From Acidimicrobiia bacterium (GTDB lineage Bacteria; Actinomycetota; Acidimicrobiia; Spongiisociales; JAENVV01), in contig JAOUMT010000002.1 in assembly GCA_029881355.1 (NCBI GenBank), positions 1 through 50,682 of the forward strand: a stretch of DNA of 50,682 nucleotides, written 5' to 3'. This document shows, piece after piece, positions 25,173 through 34,629 of this stretch (the stretch's first letter is position 1; each line of letters begins with the position of its first letter). The notes below the pieces were generated by a model, which was not told where the DNA came from, did not search any database, and worked only from the letters and a program-made list of their open reading frames with translations. Both the position numbers and the translations under genes were made by a program.

Positions 25173-26283
25173 AAACCCGTTCCTGACATATCGCACTCGA
25201 CTCGATTCCTACCAGCGAGCAGCAGCCAATGGATGGAGCGACAGCCAATTCGTAGAGCTCGTTGATCGACTCGACATGTCGATCGCGACCGTGGAGGGAC
25301 ATGGTTTCGAGACGACTCCCCTGACTCCGTTCCCCGAGCTGCATCCGGGCGGTGCCGACCTATGGGTCAAGGACGACACCGGCAATGTCGGAGGCTCGCA
25401 TAAATCCCGACACCTGTTCGGCGTCATCCTGGCCGAGGCAGTAGACGGGCCGGCCCAAGGCGATCTGGCCATCGCCTCGTGCGGCAACGCCGCCATCGCT
25501 GCGTCGGTGATAGCCAAGGCGATCGACCGTCCCTTGCATGTCTTCATTCCCACATGGGCCGACCAGGCAATCGTCGACGTACTTCAATCCAACGGTGCAC
25601 TCATTGAGGTTTGCCCCCGACGACCGGGCGAATCCGGCGATCCTACCTACCTGCGTTTCCTCGAAGCCGTGTCCAACGGTGCCACCCCGTTCTCAGTTCA
25701 AAGTCCGGCGACCCCCACCACACTCGACGGTGGCCGAACGATGGGCTGGGAACTCGCCGACCAACTCGTATCGGTCCAAGCCACCGGAACGATCAACGTG
25801 TTCATTCAGGTTGGCGGCGGTGCGCTGGCTAGCGCAACCTGGGCAGGCCTCACGGAAGCGCTCGCTTCGACGTCGACCATCGAACCGGTGCTATTTCCCG
25901 TTCAGACCGAAGCATGCGCCCCTCTGGCGCGAGCATGGAATGAACTCAAGGCGTCGGGATTGTCGGCGGCCAAAACTCTCGATCTGGCAACGGCCGACCC
26001 GGACCGGTTCATGCGACCGTGGGAGCCGATCGGACAGTCGGAAGCGACTGGCATCCTTGATGACGTAACCTATGACTGGTTGCCCGTACTCTCGGGCATG
26101 CTGACGTCCGGTGGCGAACCAGTTGTCGTGGATGAGACCACCGTCGTTGCCGCACACCAGCGAGGTCGGGCGATAACCCACCTCGACGTCGAACCGACCG
26201 GAACGGCCGGATATGCCGGATTGCTGGCCTCACGACGACCCGAACCAGCCGTGGTTCTGTTCACCGGCGTCTCGCGTTTCTAA
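25165..26283 (+). CDS. Fold-type-II PLP-dependent enzyme (threonine-synthase/TrpB-like)
   Basis: 372 aa. KDDTGNVGGSHKSRH candidate PLP-lysine motif, ASCGNAAIA, QVGGGALA loop. TTG start with GGAG 6 nt upstream. Overlaps the previous gene by 8 nt. Confidence 0.75.
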   Translation: MAENPFLTYRTRLDSYQRAAANGWSDSQFVELVDRLDMSIATVEGHGFETTPLTPFPELHPGGADLWVKDDTGNVGGSHKSRHLFGVILAEAVDGPAQGDLAIASCGNAAIAASVIAKAIDRPLHVFIPTWADQAIVDVLQSNGALIEVCPRRPGESGDPTYLRFLEAVSNGATPFSVQSPATPTTLDGGRTMGWELADQLVSVQATGTINVFIQVGGGALASATWAGLTEALASTSTIEPVLFPVQTEACAPLARAWNELKASGLSAAKTLDLATADPDRFMRPWEPIGQSEATGILDDVTYDWLPVLSGMLTSGGEPVVVDETTVVAAHQRGRAITHLDVEPTGTAGYAGLLASRRPEPAVVLFTGVSRF

Positions 26284-26305
26284 CCAACGAGGTAACGTCG
26301 TTTCG

Positions 26306-26896
26306 ATGGAGTTCTCCGAAACGCTCGCCAGGCGCCGCATGGTCCGCAACTACACCGACGAACCGGTCACCCGCGATCAACTGGAGCGAATTGCTCTGGC
26401 AGGCGCACGAGCACCGAGCGCTGGGAACACCCGGGGCCAATCGTTCGTCATAGTCACGGACGCGCCGACCCGCCGGGCGATTGCCGGGCTGGCCGGTGAG
26501 TCGCACTACGTCGATATGGGATTCGACCCGTGGATCTCGCGGGCTCCTGCTCATATCATTATCGGTGCGTCAGAAGCTGCCTATCACGACCGCTATCAAG
26601 AAGCCGACAAGCTCGGTCCCGAGGGAGAAATCGACTGGCCGGTTCCGTACTGGTGGGTCGATGCGGGCGCATCACTCATGGCAATCTTGCTGGCCGCCAT
26701 CGACGAAGGTTTGGCGGCAGGATTTCTCGGTGTACACGCATTCGACGAACTCGAGTCACTCGTTGGCATGCCAGACGAAGTATCGGCGATCGGCATCGTT
26801 ACGATCGGCCATCCGGCCCCCGATCGCCGTTCGGGGTCGTTGAATCGGAGCGCCCCCACCGGGATTCATTGGGACCGATGGACCGCCCGAACCTGA
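26306..26896 (+). CDS. Nitroreductase-family flavoprotein
   Basis: 196 aa. RRMVRNYTDEPV...APSAGNTRGQSFVIV is typical of the nitroreductase fold. Start set at the ATG at 26306, after the stop of the previous gene. Confidence 0.85.
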   Translation: MEFSETLARRRMVRNYTDEPVTRDQLERIALAGARAPSAGNTRGQSFVIVTDAPTRRAIAGLAGESHYVDMGFDPWISRAPAHIIIGASEAAYHDRYQEADKLGPEGEIDWPVPYWWVDAGASLMAILLAAIDEGLAAGFLGVHAFDELESLVGMPDEVSAIGIVTIGHPAPDRRSGSLNRSAPTGIHWDRWTART

Positions 26897-26906
26897 GCAC
26901 CCGGCA

Positions 26907-27980
26907 ATGGTGATCGATTCGGTCACTCTGTATACGGTCGGGATGACACTGCGTGACCCGTTCGTGACCGCCACCGATGCCCAGCCGACGAGAACGCTCC
27001 TCCTGGTTTCGATCACCAGCGGCAATTTCGTCGGATGGGCCGAATGCAGCGCGGACGGTTCCACATACTGCCGGGGAGAAAGTGCCGAGACAGCCCGGTT
27101 GGCATTGGGCCAGGTCGCCCCCGCCCTACTCGGATCACCGGTCGTGGAACCGCAGTCGAACCGTGAGCTGGTTCCTTCTCCGATGGCGGCCACCGCCCTC
27201 GAAGGAGCCAGATGGGATCTCTACGCCAAGTCCAACCGCCTTCCGCTGGCCATCGCCCTAAAGGGAAAACTGGACGGCGTGCCCTCGCGAGCAGTCCTCG
27301 GTCGTTCGGACCATCTCCTTGACCGCGCCGAACAAGCGATCGAGCAGGGTTATCGGTCCCTAAAGATCAAACTGACTCCCTCCGACGACCTGGCCGGACT
27401 CCGCTCGGTTCGGGCCGGCTACCCCGACGTCGGGATCGCCGTCGATTTCAACGGCTCGGCAAGCCACGGCCCCGAGTATCCGAGCTACTGGGATCAACTA
27501 GACGACCTCGATCTCGAGTTCATCGAGCAGCCGTTCCAACCAGCAGACCATCTTCTCAGCGAACAACTGCTGAAGCGATCCCGAACCCCGATCTGTCTCG
27601 ATGAAAGTGTCCGCGACCGTCACCAGGCCGCCCGGGCGGCCAATCAAGGGTTCTTGATCAACCTGAAGGCAGCCAAGTTCGGAGGAGCCGTCGAAGCCCG
27701 AACGATCTGGCGGGATCTTCCTGCCGGTCAAGGCTGGTGGGGGGGAATGCTTGAGACCGGTATCGGGCGAGCCCATTCGGTGGCTTTGGCGACCCTCCCG
27801 GGCGCCACGCTGGCCAGTGATCTGGCCGCATCGGATCGTTACTACACAGAGGACCTCACCGAACCGTTCACATTGAGCGAAGGAAGGATTACGCCTGCCG
27901 ATCGCCCGGGGATCGGCGTCGAGGTCGACCTGGCTGTCCTTGACCGTCTAAACACCCGACCACCTGACCGATTTCTCTAA
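26907..27980 (+). CDS. Enolase-superfamily o-succinylbenzoate synthase / N-succinylamino-acid racemase-like enzyme
   Basis: 357 aa. KxK (LKIKL), AVDFNGS, IEQP, CLDES and INLKAAK motifs of the MLE/OSBS subgroup. Confidence 0.85.
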   Translation: MVIDSVTLYTVGMTLRDPFVTATDAQPTRTLLLVSITSGNFVGWAECSADGSTYCRGESAETARLALGQVAPALLGSPVVEPQSNRELVPSPMAATALEGARWDLYAKSNRLPLAIALKGKLDGVPSRAVLGRSDHLLDRAEQAIEQGYRSLKIKLTPSDDLAGLRSVRAGYPDVGIAVDFNGSASHGPEYPSYWDQLDDLDLEFIEQPFQPADHLLSEQLLKRSRTPICLDESVRDRHQAARAANQGFLINLKAAKFGGAVEARTIWRDLPAGQGWWGGMLETGIGRAHSVALATLPGATLASDLAASDRYYTEDLTEPFTLSEGRITPADRPGIGVEVDLAVLDRLNTRPPDRFL

Positions 27981-28039
27981 GATTTGTTGTAACACTTGCC
28001 CACTACCAGGCACTTCTTGGTTGGAGGCTGAGATACACC

Positions 28040-28747
28040 ATGAGTACATCCCCGATGGATGACCTGAAAGCATATGCCGCATCATTGACGGATTCCGTCT
28101 CTGTTGAAGAGACCGACACCGTAGTTGCGAGCGTTCTCCGCGCCCCCCGTGGAGGCCGCCTGCCGCTCAAACAGCGAGTAACCGCTGTCGGTGCCGTGAT
28201 CGCAACATTTCTTTCAGCGAACGTGGGGTTGGCGGCTGCTGCGCAGAACGCCGCCCCCGGGGATGCTCTCTACGGGGTTGACCGTGCCTACGAACGGATT
28301 GCTGCGTTTGTGGGAATCAGCAATCCACGTGCCGAGGAACGCCTCCAGGAGGCGAACGTCTTGGCCGAGAGAGGTGACGCATCTGCTGCGTTGGCTGCGG
28401 CGTCAGCTGCTCTCGATGCCTTGAGTTCGTCCCTGGAGGACCCCGGTTCAGGAGCTGACGACCAGTCGGCCGCCTCCATCCGGGAAGCTTCATCGGAACT
28501 GGTTCAGGCCATTCCTCAAAACGGCAATTCACGACCCGAGTTTGTGAACGACATGATGGCCGAGACCCGAATGATTGTTCAGCTGGCCCAAGAGATGCGC
28601 GAAGCGGCCGCCAACGGCGATGCCGCAGAGGCCGCCAAGAAACTCAAGGATCAAGCCAAGAAGATTGCCGAAAGGGCCAAGCAGGAAAAGGCCAGCAACG
28701 CGGACAAGGACAAGCCAAAGAACAACAGCGGCAACAGCACTCCCTAG
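28040..28747 (+). CDS. DUF5667-like membrane-anchored protein (possible anti-sigma partner), Ala/Lys-rich C-terminus
   Basis: 235 aa with a single TM (VTAVGAVIATFLSANVGLAAAA) followed by PGDALYGVDRAYERI, typical of DUF5667. Sits just upstream of an ECF sigma gene. Confidence 0.6.
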   Translation: MSTSPMDDLKAYAASLTDSVSVEETDTVVASVLRAPRGGRLPLKQRVTAVGAVIATFLSANVGLAAAAQNAAPGDALYGVDRAYERIAAFVGISNPRAEERLQEANVLAERGDASAALAAASAALDALSSSLEDPGSGADDQSAASIREASSELVQAIPQNGNSRPEFVNDMMAETRMIVQLAQEMREAAANGDAAEAAKKLKDQAKKIAERAKQEKASNADKDKPKNNSGNSTP

Positions 28748-28804
28748 TCGGATCGCCCCGTCTGTCGCCAGTTGAGGTCGCGATACCGTTAGAGTTGCCG
28801 GGCC

Positions 28805-29371
28805 ATGACAGAATCCGCCGGGGACAGATCATCGACATGGCCGCCCTCCCTGGAGGCGATCGATCAAGCCCGCAACGGCAACAACTCCGCTCTCGCTGAC
28901 ATCCTTCGGGCCGGACATCCCCGCCTCGTCGCCTATTTCTCCGGCGCCGGCCCCCAGCGAGCCGACGCCGAAGACCTGGCCGCTCACACCCTCGAAGCCG
29001 TCGTCACGTCAATCCACCGACTCAAGAACCCCCACGCCTTCGAGGGTTGGTTCTGGCAGATAGCTCGCTATTCATTCCGCGGTTGGATTCGGAAAACCCG
29101 TCGACCGGACCGATTTGAGCCAACCTACATCCCCGAGCGGAACGCCGAGGACACCGTCGAGTTGAGCGATGAGCACACGCAGATCCGCCAGGCACTCGCC
29201 GCCCTAAGTCCCAAAGACCGCAGCCTGTTATGGCTCCGCGACGTCGAGGACCTGTCGTATGAGGAGATCGGTGGGCGCCTCGGTTCCGCAGTCGGAACCG
29301 TGCGAGTCGCCTGCCACCGAGCCCGCAAACGCCTCGAAGAGGCGTACGCTGCGCTGGACCAAGATGCGTGA
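28805..29371 (+). CDS. ECF-type sigma-70 family RNA polymerase sigma factor
   Basis: 188 aa. Region 2 (DAEDLAAHTLEAV...FEGWFWQIARY) and region 4 HTH (LSYEEIGGRLGSAVGTVRVACHRARKRL). Confidence 0.85.
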   Translation: MTESAGDRSSTWPPSLEAIDQARNGNNSALADILRAGHPRLVAYFSGAGPQRADAEDLAAHTLEAVVTSIHRLKNPHAFEGWFWQIARYSFRGWIRKTRRPDRFEPTYIPERNAEDTVELSDEHTQIRQALAALSPKDRSLLWLRDVEDLSYEEIGGRLGSAVGTVRVACHRARKRLEEAYAALDQDA

Positions 29372-30134
29372 AATCACTTCGCCAACCAACCCCCTCATCA
29401 AGTCGATTGTTCGTCTGCGCGATCGCCACCGACGCGACGATACGCACATGTTCATCATCGAAGGCTTCGACGAGTTGGATCGCGCCCGTTTACGACCTGA
29501 CCTGGTCATCGATACGGTTCTCACTTCCCAAGGCGAGTCGTACACACCTCTGGCCAACGAAGAGATCATCTCGGTCACAGATGCCGTTTTCGAGAAAGTG
29601 GCCGTGCGAGGTCCGGCCGCCAGACTTCTCGCTGTCGCCCGACAGTTCGACACGTCGCTCGCCGCGCTACCTCACACAAACGATCTCGTCCTCATTGCTG
29701 AGGGCATCGAGAAGCCGGGCAACCTTGGAACGATGCTCCGCACCGCTGACGCCGTCGGGGCGGCGGTTGTCGTCTGCGACCCGCTTGTCGACGTTTTCAA
29801 CCCGTCGGTGGTCCGGGCATCACTCGGTTGTCTTTTTTCCGTTCCAATTGCCACTGGGTCAGTAAATGAAATCGTGGCCTGGGCGTCCGGTCACACGACT
29901 GTGGTGGCTACGCCTGAGGCACCTCGGACCCTTTTTGAGCTCGACCTAACCGGACCGACTGCCGTGGTCATCGGATCGGAGCACAGCGGAGTTTCGGCGG
30001 CATGGAAGCGCTCCGCCAACGTGCTTTGTTCGATACCGATGGCCGGCCACGCCGACAGCTTGAACGCGGCTACCTCGGCGGCGGTGATGCTGTACGAAGC
30101 GGTTCGCCAGCGCCAATTGCCGAAGAATCGTTGA
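29364..30134 (+). CDS. TrmH/SpoU-family RNA 2'-O-methyltransferase
   Basis: Start set at the ATG at 29364 (MREITSPTNPLIKSI). SpoU motifs GIEKPGNLGTMLRTADAVG, VVIGSEHSGVS and IPMAGHADSLNAA. Confidence 0.85.
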   Translation: MREITSPTNPLIKSIVRLRDRHRRDDTHMFIIEGFDELDRARLRPDLVIDTVLTSQGESYTPLANEEIISVTDAVFEKVAVRGPAARLLAVARQFDTSLAALPHTNDLVLIAEGIEKPGNLGTMLRTADAVGAAVVVCDPLVDVFNPSVVRASLGCLFSVPIATGSVNEIVAWASGHTTVVATPEAPRTLFELDLTGPTAVVIGSEHSGVSAAWKRSANVLCSIPMAGHADSLNAATSAAVMLYEAVRQRQLPKNR

Positions 30135-30143
30135 ATCGAACAC

Positions 30144-31811
30144 ATGTTCGGGCTAGGCTCTCTCCCCGCCACCGAAGGGGACGCCGAGCCAGTGGATCTA
30201 CTGCAGCGAAGTTTCGACGACCTGGGCGCCCCCCTGGCCGCAGTTCCCTTTTGTGTATTCGACGTTGAGACCACGGGAGGGTCGCCAACCACCGATTCGC
30301 TCACGGAGATTGGGGCGGTCAAGTACCTTGGTGGCGAGGTCATCGGTGAGTTCCAAACCCTCATCAACCCGGGCCGGGAGATCCCACCGTTCATTACGAT
30401 CCTCACCGGGATCACTCACGCGATGGTCGTCGAGGCACCCCGGGTCGAAACCGTCCTCCCTTCTTTCCTTGAGTTCATCGGCGAGTCGGTCCTGGTTGGC
30501 CATAACGTCCGCTTCGACATCGGCTTCCTCAACGCGGCGGCGCTCCAGTGTGGGTATAGCCGCGTTACAAATCGGTCGATCGACACGCTCGGGTTGGCCA
30601 GGCGGCTGGTTCGCAACGAGATACGAAACCTGAAGCTCGAATCGTTGGCCGCCCACTTCCGGTCGCCGGTGAAACCAACCCACCGCGCCCTCGAAGACGC
30701 CAGGGCGACCGGCCATGTATTGCACGCGCTTCTCGAACGGGCAGGCACCTTGGGGGTGACGGCGCTTGAAGACCTCCTCCAGTTGCCGACGGCCCGCGGT
30801 TCGACGAACTATCCGAAGATGCGTTTGGCCGATGAACTTCCCAGGCGGCCGGGTGTCTATCTATTTAAGGATCGCCAGGACAACGTCATCTACGTGGGGA
30901 AGGCCAAGAACCTTCGCACCCGGGTCCGGTCCTATTTCTACGGAGACACCAGACGGTCGATCGCGAATCTGCTGAATGAACTCGACTCGATCGAAGGGCG
31001 AGTGTGCGAGACCGAACTTGAGGCCTCGATCACGGAACTTCGACTTATCCACACGTTTCGACCTCGATACAACCGCCGCTCCAAGCCCCCCAAGGCAAGC
31101 CACTGGGTGAAGCTGACCAAAGAAGAGTTTCCTCGACTGTCGCTCGTTCGGACCCTGCGCGACGACGGCCTCGCCTACCTCGGTCCGTTCCGGAGCCGCA
31201 AGGCAGCCGAGCTCGTCATGACGGCGATTTGGGATGCCGTCCCCATCAGACGATGCCTGACGAAACCCGGCAGCCGCTCGGCGGCCTGCGCGTTCGCGCA
31301 GCTCGGGGTGGCTCGCTGCCCATGTGATGGCAGCCTGACTGCCGACGAATACGGCAACGTTATCCGGCAGTTCATGAGCGCACTCAACGGAGACCCCGCC
31401 CTTCTGCTGACGCCGATCCGGCACAAGATGGTCGACCTCGCAGCCTCCCAACGATACGAGGAAGCAGGCTGGATGCGGGATCGCTACCGGGCGCTCGCCC
31501 GTGCCATGGACCGAAGGTTCGCCTGGCAATCGATGCTTTCGGCCGGAGCAATACGCGCCGAACACGGCCACGAAGGCGCGTTCATCGAGGATGGGCGTTT
31601 CGTCATGGGATGGCTGGTACCCCATCAGCCGCTCCTGCCGGTCGACGCCGAGTCCCCGTCAAGAACCGTGGCCGACAGCGTCCCCCCGTCGGTTCTGGCC
31701 GCCGAAGAAGCCCATCTGATCTGGTCATGGCTATCGCAGTTCGATACAGCCATCATCCACACTTCCCATCCGTTTCATCGCCCGGCCCAGGTTCCGGAAC
31801 TGGCCGCCTAG
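30144..31811 (+). CDS. DEDD 3'-5' exonuclease domain fused to GIY-YIG (UvrC/Cho-like) nuclease domain
   Basis: FCVFDVETTG (ExoI), HNVRFD, HRALEDA. Then GVYLFKD...VIYVGKAKNLRTRVRSY (GIY-YIG). Confidence 0.9.
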   Translation: MFGLGSLPATEGDAEPVDLLQRSFDDLGAPLAAVPFCVFDVETTGGSPTTDSLTEIGAVKYLGGEVIGEFQTLINPGREIPPFITILTGITHAMVVEAPRVETVLPSFLEFIGESVLVGHNVRFDIGFLNAAALQCGYSRVTNRSIDTLGLARRLVRNEIRNLKLESLAAHFRSPVKPTHRALEDARATGHVLHALLERAGTLGVTALEDLLQLPTARGSTNYPKMRLADELPRRPGVYLFKDRQDNVIYVGKAKNLRTRVRSYFYGDTRRSIANLLNELDSIEGRVCETELEASITELRLIHTFRPRYNRRSKPPKASHWVKLTKEEFPRLSLVRTLRDDGLAYLGPFRSRKAAELVMTAIWDAVPIRRCLTKPGSRSAACAFAQLGVARCPCDGSLTADEYGNVIRQFMSALNGDPALLLTPIRHKMVDLAASQRYEEAGWMRDRYRALARAMDRRFAWQSMLSAGAIRAEHGHEGAFIEDGRFVMGWLVPHQPLLPVDAESPSRTVADSVPPSVLAAEEAHLIWSWLSQFDTAIIHTSHPFHRPAQVPELAA

Positions 31812-31896
31812 CCATCCCACCAGTCCCTCCTACGTCGGGGTGAACCTCCCGGGCCGACGCCGACCCGCCGGGCGGCTCAGGCGATAACATGGCCGG

Positions 31897-33849
31897 ATGC
31901 GTTTTATCGTTCGTGACGGCACCGATCCGATCGCCATTGCCGACTCAACCATGCTGGCGGCGATGGGAATGCCAGGCGGAGGGGTTCTGGCCGTGGGTGA
32001 CAGCCACATACGCGTCAAGGCCGGGCGGGTCGGGGAATCCTCGGCTCTGTCCGTAGGCGAACTCGCCAGATCGAATGCCGGCATTACCCTCGGTTCAACC
32101 GTCGATGGCACCCGAGCGATATTGACGAGCGCTCAAGAAGTTTGGTTGTCCGAACCGGTCTCGGGCGACCTGGTTCGATCACTTGCATCGCATCCGGTTA
32201 CCACCGGCGACCGACTCGCGATTGATGGCAAACTCGTCACCGTCGAAAACGTGAGCCCCCAGAATGCCGGCATTATCAGCGCCGGTACCCGGTTCCAGGC
32301 CGGCGACACCCAGCTGACCCCCGCCCGCGTACCGACCGTCACCACCGATCCGTCCAAACCTGCCGCTCCCACGACGGCCGAGGCCCTCCTGGCAGGCCTC
32401 GACACCGAGCGAGACCTTCTCACCGGGTGGCTCTCGCTCCTGACCGGCCACGGCGACCTTCCTACTGCGTGGGGCCTGCCGTCGGTGGCAGGCGTCGTGC
32501 TCGAAGGACCCCACGGATGTGGAAAATCCGAGTTGGTAGCTGCGGCCGCCCATGACGCCGGTTGTAGCGTCAAGGCGATCGATCTCAATCTCATTTTCAA
32601 ACCGGCCCGACTCCTGGATCTGCTCGAATCTGCCGTCAAGACCGCTCCGGCCTCGACCGTCATCTACGTCGATCGGTTCGAAGCGGTCGCCGGGGAAGAA
32701 GGCCTCACTCCGTTCAAGACCCAGGTGGCCGCCATCATGCGTTGGTTTCTCGACGCAGTCGCCGAACGTCCAACCATTGCCTGCGTCGTAGGTATCACTT
32801 CGCACACCTCGGTTGAGGCCCTGCAGTCGCCGCTGCTCCCGCGCACGCTTCAGGTACCGCCACCGGACGCCCGGAGACGGACCTTGCTCTTCGAAGCTGC
32901 CCTGGCCAAAGTACCGACCGACGAGATCGACTACCCACAACTCGCCGGGAGGAGCGCCGGGTTCTCCGGCGCCGACATTCTCGGTGCGGTGCTGCAAGCG
33001 TCGACCGAAGTTGCCAGACTCGGCGAGCCGCTCACCACCGAGCGAGTGGCCGCCGCCATCGACGCCACTACTCCGTCGCTGGGATCGGTCGGTTCCGGCG
33101 AAGTTCCCTCTTACGGGTTCGAACGGGTGGCAGGGCTCAAAGACGTCAAGCAACGACTCACCGAAGCTGTCATCTGGCCGATGACCCAACCCGAACGGTT
33201 CCGAAAACTCGGAATCGAGCCACCGCGGGGGATTCTTCTCTACGGCCCGCCAGGAACCGGTAAAACGTTCGTCGTTCGAGCACTCGCTCACGAGGCCGGC
33301 GCCGCCTTCTTCCCGATCAAAGGAGCTGAACTCCTCGACAAGTTCGTCGGCGAATCGGAACGCGGCGTGCGCGAGGTATTCGCAAGAGCCCGGGCGGCCG
33401 CACCGTCGCTCATGTTTTTCGACGAAATCGACGCTTTGGCTCCGGTCCGAGGCACCTCGTCGTCGTCGGTAACCGACTCGGTCGTCGCTGCCCTCCTGAC
33501 CGAACTTGACGGCTTCGGTGGACGAGGCGACGTCGTGGTGATCGGAGCGACCAATCGCAAGGATCTCATCGATCCTGCCCTCCTGCGTTCTGGCCGGTTC
33601 GAGGTGCACATCGAACTCGGCCTCCCCGAGATAGAAGCCCGTCGGGCACTCTTGAATATCGTTGACGTTCCCTTCAGCAAGGACGTCGACTTGGATCAGA
33701 TCGCTGCCGACACGGACGGTTTGTCGTTTGCCGACATGACAGGCATGTTGCGCGAAGCCGCGCTGAACACGCTCAGAAGCGACGACCATGCCCTCACCGT
33801 CGGCCCGGAGCACATCGAACAAGCCCTCAAGCGGTTCCTCAACCGCTGA
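31897..33849 (+). CDS. Cdc48/VCP-like AAA+ ATPase with two AAA modules
   Basis: First module GPHGCGKS. Second, canonical module GILLYGPPGTGKT with LMFFDEIDAL and ATNRKDLIDPALLRSGRF. Confidence 0.9.
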   Translation: MRFIVRDGTDPIAIADSTMLAAMGMPGGGVLAVGDSHIRVKAGRVGESSALSVGELARSNAGITLGSTVDGTRAILTSAQEVWLSEPVSGDLVRSLASHPVTTGDRLAIDGKLVTVENVSPQNAGIISAGTRFQAGDTQLTPARVPTVTTDPSKPAAPTTAEALLAGLDTERDLLTGWLSLLTGHGDLPTAWGLPSVAGVVLEGPHGCGKSELVAAAAHDAGCSVKAIDLNLIFKPARLLDLLESAVKTAPASTVIYVDRFEAVAGEEGLTPFKTQVAAIMRWFLDAVAERPTIACVVGITSHTSVEALQSPLLPRTLQVPPPDARRRTLLFEAALAKVPTDEIDYPQLAGRSAGFSGADILGAVLQASTEVARLGEPLTTERVAAAIDATTPSLGSVGSGEVPSYGFERVAGLKDVKQRLTEAVIWPMTQPERFRKLGIEPPRGILLYGPPGTGKTFVVRALAHEAGAAFFPIKGAELLDKFVGESERGVREVFARARAAAPSLMFFDEIDALAPVRGTSSSSVTDSVVAALLTELDGFGGRGDVVVIGATNRKDLIDPALLRSGRFEVHIELGLPEIEARRALLNIVDVPFSKDVDLDQIAADTDGLSFADMTGMLREAALNTLRSDDHALTVGPEHIEQALKRFLNR

Positions 33850-34552
33850 CCGCGTTGATGGCTTCCTGAAGCGAGAACACCCCCTCGTATAGGGCTTTGC
33901 CGACCACCACACCGGAGGCGCCACATCCGGCCAGCGCCACCAGGTCGGCAAGCGAACCCACTCCCCCGGACCCGATCACCCCGGCGTTCCCAGCTTGTTC
34001 AACGGCGGATCTGGTGAGCCCCAGGTCGGGGCCGGCCATGGTTCCGTCTTGGGAGATTCCTGTGGTCAGAATCCATCCGACGCCGGTCGCGGCTACCCCG
34101 GCGATCACCTCCAGGTACGGACGCCCCGCGTCGAGCCAGCCGGACCCGGTGGCCAGACCGGCCTTGACATCAACTGCCGCAACCATCCGATCGGCCCCGT
34201 AGGCACCAACCAACTCCGCCAGCACCTCGGGCTGCCACACGGCCACTGATCCCAGCACCACTCGCTGTGCCCCGGCCTCGATCACCCGACGAGCGGCCTG
34301 CACGGAGCGCACGCCTCCGCCGATTTGAAAGGGCACGTTGGTCGACGCGATCTGCTCCACCAAACCAAGGGAAGGCGATCCAAGGCGAGCACCCTCCAGA
34401 TCTACGACATGCACCAGGCTCGCTCCGGCGGCTGCCCAGGAGCGGGCCGCTTCTGCCGGAGCAGAGCCATAGGTGGTCGACTGGCGGTAATCGCCCTTCA
34501 GAAGACGGACGACCTGACCATCGAGAACGTCGACGGCGGGGATGATCTGCAT
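33839..34552 (-). CDS. hisA: HisA/PriA (ProFAR isomerase, possibly bifunctional with PRA isomerase)
   Basis: MQIIPAVDVLDGQVVRL...GGGVRS...IGSGGV motifs. ATG at 34552 with GAGG 7 nt upstream. The tracked ORF starts 12 nt earlier at a TTG. Confidence 0.9.
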   Translation of the reverse strand: MQIIPAVDVLDGQVVRLLKGDYRQSTTYGSAPAEAARSWAAAGASLVHVVDLEGARLGSPSLGLVEQIASTNVPFQIGGGVRSVQAARRVIEAGAQRVVLGSVAVWQPEVLAELVGAYGADRMVAAVDVKAGLATGSGWLDAGRPYLEVIAGVAATGVGWILTTGISQDGTMAGPDLGLTRSAVEQAGNAGVIGSGGVGSLADLVALAGCGASGVVVGKALYEGVFSLQEAINAVSG

Positions 34553-34577
34553 GGGTAACCTCAACTTGCCAAGCGGT

Positions 34578-34607
34578 TTTAGTGTTGTAGCATGTTACAA
34601 CACTAAA
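34578..34607. promoter_or_regulatory. Perfect 12-bp inverted repeat (putative operator of the YerC/TrpR-like regulator)
   Basis: TTTAGTGTTGTA-GCATGT-TACAACACTAAA. It is AT-rich against the GC-rich background and lies between divergent hisA/priA and the yerC-like-hisG operon. Confidence 0.5.
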
Positions 34608-34629
34608 TCGCGATCAAACCGGATGCGTT

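Noticed and set aside
27985-27995. TGTTGTAACAC upstream of the DUF5667-like gene shares GTTACAACA (reverse complement) with the right arm of the his operator palindrome.
   Set aside because: It is only a single half-site of 9 nt with no partner arm. That is too short to distinguish from chance without a genome-wide motif search.
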